12,399 nt of DNA. Origin: Octopus sinensis (lineage: Eukaryota). The position numbers and the translations under genes are program-made. Shown here piece after piece: positions 7,742 to 12,399 of the stretch. The stretch spans positions 1-12,399 of the forward strand of contig NW_021826616.1 of assembly GCF_006345805.1 (NCBI RefSeq), written 5' to 3'. Positions within the stretch are counted from its first letter, which is position 1, and the number at the start of each line of letters is the position of its first letter. Below the pieces are notes generated by a model. The model saw nothing but the letters and a program-made list of their open reading frames with translations. It was not told the origin of the DNA and ran no database searches.

Positions 7742-7792
7742 AGCTTCTACAGGACTAGAACTGTTTCATCCAAATGAAATCATCAGGAAGCT
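7742..7792 (-). ncRNA. Type I hammerhead ribozyme motif (HHR-A)
   Basis: Minus strand AGCTTC-CTGATGA-TTTCATTTGGAT-GAAA-CAG-TTCTAGTC-CTG-TA-GAAGCT. Stem I is a perfect 6 bp, the core is intact, stem III is 3 bp, the cleavage triplet is GUA and stem II is weak. AATAAA follows about 10 nt downstream. Confidence 0.75.
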
Positions 7793-8120
7793 TGCTGTCA
7801 AAATGTATTGAGTACCTTATTTACTGTGGTTAACCCCGACTCAACCCGGGACCCACATATATATATATACATATGCATAAAGGACACCTTCAACCCAGGG
7901 AACATCCTGAACTCCACAACGGAACGTGCTTGCATTTTAGGAAATTCCTGCAAGCCTATTGGCACCCATTTGATAGCAAGGCCTCTGGTGATCGATACAA
8001 CCTCCTTTGTTGACATCGTCGGCGATCGATAGCCAAGGGAAGACAATCCCCTTTCTTGACATTGAGTAATAAGCTCATTTCCTCCTCAATATTCTAGAGA
8101 GGCCTTTAGTGAACAGGGTT

Positions 8121-8183
8121 GGGGATCTGAAGATACGCCATAGAGCCGAGCCCTTTGTGGACGTGAAACCTAAAGTAATCCCT
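8121..8183 (+). ncRNA. Type I hammerhead ribozyme motif (HHR-B), minimal stem III
   Basis: GGGAT-CTGAAGA-T-ACG-CCATAGAG-ccgagcc-CTTTGTGG-a-CGT-GAAA-C-ctaaa-G-TA-ATCCC. Stem I is 5 bp plus a G.U pair, stem II is 11 bp with one bulge, stem III is 1 bp, and the triplet is GUA. Confidence 0.75.
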
Positions 8184-8266
8184 TAAACCGACCTTTTCTA
8201 ACTTTAATATGTATTGCTCTATAACTTAGAGCGTGCTTCGTTTTTCGGATTTATGTTTACGGACGA

Positions 8267-8267
8267 T

Positions 8268-8300
<33 letters not shown>

Positions 8301-8345
8301 TATAGGTCGTTCACTGGTGAGAGACAGACAGACAGACAGACAGAC

Positions 8346-8412
<67 letters not shown>

Positions 8413-8414
8413 AT

Positions 8415-8449
<35 letters not shown>

Positions 8450-8464
8450 GATGGATGGATAGAT

Positions 8465-8520
<56 letters not shown>

Positions 8521-8528
8521 GATGGATG

Positions 8529-8587
<59 letters not shown>
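8267..8587. repeat. (CA)n, (GACA)n and long (GATA)n microsatellites
   Basis: Direct reading; GATGATGGATGGATAG interruptions at 8447 and 8518. Confidence 0.95.
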
Positions 8588-9084
8588 CTTTATATACATT
8601 AATATATGCAATTATATATTGTTGAATATACATGTATGTATGTGGGGGGGGGCTATGCATGAGTGTATATACAGCATAAAATATATATTCCTCACTGAGT
8701 GACTCCGTTGTTTTCTGAACTAGTCTTTGTCGACAATAGCTTCAATACAAAACCAGTGGTTCACCTCCCTGGCTGTCTGCCTGTTTGCCTGCCTGTCTGT
8801 CTATCCGTATGTCTGTCTGTCTGTCGGCTTAGTCTGGTTGTCATTAAAACTATTTTGAATGAGAGGTAGGAGGTGACTGTGTGCGATGAATGAGTAATGG
8901 AGAGGCTATTTTAAATTATCTCTGAACAGAAGAGACAAGAAAAACAAGCTAAATAAACCGAAGCATACAAAAATATATGTTAATAAAAAAAAAACCCATA
9001 AATGAGAAAATAAGAAATAATATTGTCTAGCGGGGGCAAAGCAGACATGTTGAAGAAGACACAGTAACAGAAATGGTGTATATA

Positions 9085-9148
9085 GGTGTATATATATGTT
9101 TACGTATGCATATATGTATGTATGTATACATACAAACACACATATATA

Positions 9149-9190
<42 letters not shown>

Positions 9191-9274
9191 CATATATACA
9201 TATATACATATATATATAATATATTATATATATATATATATTATATATATATATATATATACATATATACATAT

Positions 9275-9325
<51 letters not shown>

Positions 9326-9345
9326 TATATTTATGTATATACTCG
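9085..9345. repeat. (TA)n-rich microsatellite field
   Basis: Direct reading. Confidence 0.95.
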
Positions 9346-9494
9346 ACACTAGTTTTTCAGATTCTAGAAAATTAGGGTTATATATGTATTTTTGTGCGCG
9401 CGTGCAGATGTATATAAGTATATACACGGGCATACATGTATTTAATAGTAAAGCACATATCTTTTAATAATAAATATTAGAAAGAAAATGGCTA

Positions 9495-9511
9495 CCTGTG
9501 CGTATGTATTC

Positions 9512-9543
<32 letters not shown>

Positions 9544-9726
9544 TATATTATATATATATATATTATATATATATATATATATATATGTATACATATATTA
9601 TATATATATTATATATATATAACGTATAGATATATAGATATATATATATACATTATACATATAAGTGTATGTCACACAAATAGACACACACATGTACATA
9701 TCTATGTGTCTATATATACATATGTG

Positions 9727-9775
<49 letters not shown>

Positions 9776-9934
9776 GTGTGTGCCTTGTGTTAGTGTATGT
9801 GCATGTGTATTCGTGCATATGTATATATCTGCGTCTGTATAAGTTTATACATGCATTCGTGGTTATGTGAATAGACACGCACACACATTCATACACGCAT
9901 ATGTGTGGGTGCGTGTGTATGTATATACACATAT

Positions 9935-9972
<38 letters not shown>

Positions 9973-9985
9973 CCATACACACACA
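9495..9985. repeat. (TA)n/(TG)n/(CA)n microsatellite field
   Basis: Direct reading. Confidence 0.9.
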
Positions 9986-10139
9986 AACAAGTAAGATATA
10001 TAAACGAAAGTAAAAGAAGCACTCAACACATATTCCGTGAGTTGGAAGATTTTATTAAAAAATTCATTGAATCCATCCTTATTTAAAATTTTACTTAAAA
10101 TTTTACGATCGATAATCACCCTATGGCTCATTATACATG

Positions 10140-10199
10140 TGTTTGCATATGCGTGTGAGTATGTATGTGTGTGTGTGTCTGTCTGTGGGTATGCATGTA

Positions 10200-10238
<39 letters not shown>

Positions 10239-10260
10239 CGTGTATATATATATATGTATG
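10140..10260. repeat. (GT)n/(TA)n microsatellites
   Basis: Direct reading. Confidence 0.9.
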
Positions 10261-10265
10261 TATTC

Positions 10266-10473
10266 TTTTACTCTTTCACTTGTTTCAGTCATTTGATTGC
10301 GGTCATACTGGAGCCCCCACCCCCGCTTTATTCGAACAAATCGACTCCAGTACTTGTTCTTTGTGAGCCTAGTACTTCTCTATCGCTCTCTTTTGCCGAA
10401 CCGCTAAGTTATGGCAACGTAAGTACAACAGCATCGGTTGTCAAGCGATAGTGGAGGAACAACACACTGACAC

Positions 10474-10507
<34 letters not shown>

Positions 10508-10562
10508 GATATATAATATATATATATATGGGGGGGTTCTTACCACACAGCCATTCCTGTAT
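10266..10562 (-). mobile_element. SINE family 2 copy with an internal deletion
   Basis: Minus strand reads A-box head CAGGAATGGCTGTGTGGTAAG, then directly (TA)n, then GCTTGACAACCGATGCTG..CTTAGCGGTTCGGCAAAAGAG..GAGTCGATTTG..GACTGAAACAAGTGAAAGAG. The 3' part matches 3109-3208. Confidence 0.8.
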
Positions 10563-10597
10563 ACATAATACATACATACCATACATACATACATACA

Positions 10598-10633
<36 letters not shown>

Positions 10634-10665
10634 TATATATAATATATATATGTATATATATATAA
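10562..10665. repeat. (CATA)n/(TA)n microsatellite
   Basis: Direct reading. Confidence 0.95.
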
Positions 10666-10757
10666 GAAACTAATTTTATTCTCAAACGCAGGATAAGGCT
10701 AATAATATAGCATGAACAGGATAATCCATCCATACTTTGCAGAAAAATCTGTCGGTA

Positions 10758-10829
10758 GTTAGCCATGTGACTCGAACTCACATTCCTGTGATTAAGCGCC
10801 AAGTGCTTTACGATTAAGCTAAACTGCCC
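10758..10829 (-). pseudogene. tRNA-Lys(CTT)-like pseudogene or SINE head
   Basis: Minus strand GGGCAGTTTAGCTTAATCGTAAAGCACTTGGCGCTTAATCACAGGAATGTGAGTTCGAGTCACATGG. It has an A-box, D-stem GCTT/AAGC, CTT in a 7-nt loop and B-box GTTCGAGTC, and is colinear with canonical tRNA-Lys(CTT). The acceptor stem does not pair. Confidence 0.6.
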
Positions 10830-11288
10830 AATCGAGTAATCACAAATATCAGAGTACTGATCAGTGCAAAGAAAAAATAAGAGGAACATAAAAAAAATGA
10901 GAAGTTGGATCTATGAGTTTCATGTTTATCCGTTCCTATCTATAGGTGATAGTGATGGGAGTCATGTCAATTATTGAACCACAACCATCGGATAAATGGT
11001 TAGTGGATGATATAATTGTAGAAATGTCGATAACTCTTTCTCTCTATAGATTAGTACAGATTTGCTAATTAAATCTCCATATATGCAGCATAGTGCGAGT
11101 TAATCAGAGAAATGTCTGTCCAATGAGAAAATGTGACTTAATGTAAATTAAATCTAAACGTTGAAAACAATACTTGGTGTTTTTTAATAAAAAATCATAA
11201 ACAAATGAAGAACGTTTAGCATTAAAAAATTATGTTTGTAAAGCTTATACTAGAAAGTTAATGTAGTCATTTCGCATTATTTTTTCTC

Positions 11289-11361
11289 TGCACTGATGAG
11301 TACTTTGATATTTGCAAATTCTAAAATGAATTTATATCAATGTACGAAACGATTGTATGAA
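11289..11361 (+). ncRNA. Degenerate minimal type I hammerhead motif (HHR-C)
   Basis: CTGATGA at 11293-11299. Stem II is GTAC-t-TTGATAT/ATATCAA-t-GTAC (11 bp with one mismatch). GAAA at 11346-11349, then C-gatt-G and TA. Stem I TGCA/TGAA is weak. AATAAA at 11364-11369. Confidence 0.6.
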
Positions 11362-11467
11362 TGAATAAACTTCTTACTACTGTTTAACATCTTATCTCCT
11401 TCGTATTTAACAAATATGATTGGATTTATAGAACTTCATTCCATAAATTACTAAATACACATACACT

Positions 11468-11469
11468 AC

Positions 11470-11522
<53 letters not shown>

Positions 11523-11545
11523 ATATATATATATATATATATATT
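11468..11545. repeat. (TA)n microsatellite
   Basis: Direct reading. Confidence 0.95.
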
Positions 11546-11670
11546 ATCTATATCCGAATGGATATATCTTCATCCTTAATAGGAATTTTTTCCATAAACT
11601 TCTAATGTCTTTTCATCATCCGTTATTTACGAATTTTTAAATTGTATAGGTATGAATGTATGTAAACAAA

Positions 11671-12187
11671 TAATTAATATAAAACTTAATTTATAAAACA
11701 AAGTTCAATAAATTTCATTAAATGAATTAAATGTTGAAATGGATTATCCTTTTAATTCATAATCAAAGACAACTGTTTCAGACAAAAAGGACCAAGATTT
11801 CTATAAAGAGTACATCATAAAGGTCGAATTTGTGTTCTTCAGTATGTGGGATTTGAAGGAAAATAACCAATAGCCTTGATTCAAATTATCGTGAGTGGAA
11901 GAATGAATATAGAAATTCCTATATAATAATAATAACTAATAAAAAAAATTCAATGTATATTCTAAATGTCTTTTTGGTTATTTTCCTTTAAATCTCATCT
12001 ATTGAAGAGTACAAATTCGACCTTTATGATGATTTCTTTATAGAAAGCTTGGTCCTTTTTGTCAGAAACAATTGTCTAGGATTATGAAATGAAAGGATAA
12101 TCCATTTCAACATCTAATCTGCTTTGTTTCATTTATTTGATGAAATTTATTGAACTTTGTTTAATAAATTAAGTCTTATATTAATTA
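11671..12187. mobile_element. Fold-back/MITE-like element with ~200-bp inverted arms
   Basis: Left arm 11671-11870 is the reverse complement of right arm 11974-12187, with scattered substitutions and one ~14-bp indel. The spacer is 103 bp and AT-rich. Confidence 0.85.
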
Positions 12188-12399
12188 CTAGCAGTATCGC
12201 CCGGCGTTGCTCGGGTTTGTAAGGGAAATAACTATATAAGCATTTTTAGAGAGTTATAGCCAAAAAATAGCAAAAAAATGCATAAAAACGGACAAAAAAT
12301 GATGGTAATTTTTTTTTTAATCGTTGACTCTTCGTAGACATTTTTAGAGAGTTACTTCCCTTATATAATAGCGAAAAAATGCATTAAAATGGAAAAAAA
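12188..12399 (+). mobile_element. Non-autonomous Helentron/HINE-like (DINE-1/Lep1-type) element, running off the window
   Basis: Starts (A)CTAGCAGTATCGCCCGGCGTTGCTCGGG, an ACTAG start followed by a CCCGG/TCGGG hairpin at 12200-12215. An internal ~100-bp degenerate tandem unit follows (CATTTTTAGAGAGTTA at 12241 and 12339). Confidence 0.6.

Larger units (their letters stand above)
7724..8190. mobile_element. Possible Penelope-like or retrozyme-like terminal sequence(s)
   Basis: Inferred only from the minimal type I hammerheads and the AATAAA after HHR-A. No RT or GIY-YIG coding remnant recognised. Confidence 0.4.

Noticed and set aside
7870-8120. ORFs 7808..8032 (+) and 7798..8046 (-) as Penelope RT or GIY-YIG remnants
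   Set aside because: No recognisable motif in the frames I translated. A profile search could still detect remote similarity.
727-10889. Many YI/CV/HT/YLSI-rich ORFs in the track
   Set aside because: They are translations of TA, GT, CA, CATA and GATA microsatellites.
11780-11850. Minus-strand CTGAAGA..GAAA in the fold-back arm
   Set aside because: Stems I and II do not pair, and the opposite arm reads TTGAAGA at the same position.

Overview
Repeat-saturated, gene-poor eukaryotic DNA with no intact protein-coding gene. The SINE families and microsatellite load point to a coleoid cephalopod, probably an octopus; this rests on my recall of repeat consensuses, not on a database search. Contents: at least seven tRNA-related SINE copies or fragments, including a trimer inside one 13-bp target-site duplication (TSD); a non-coding RTE-related retroelement with a highly structured 5' region; an R4/Dong-like reverse-transcriptase fragment; and a decayed Tc1/mariner transposon (5983-7545) interrupted by a SINE and by a 133-bp copy of nearby sequence. 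The right end of the window holds a ~520-bp fold-back element and the start of a Helentron/HINE-like element. The most notable signal is three type-I hammerhead ribozyme motifs. Two of them lie in opposite polarity at the ends of a ~440-bp non-coding segment (7742-8183), and the third is at 11289-11361. Nearly all ORFs in the supplied track are microsatellite read-through.
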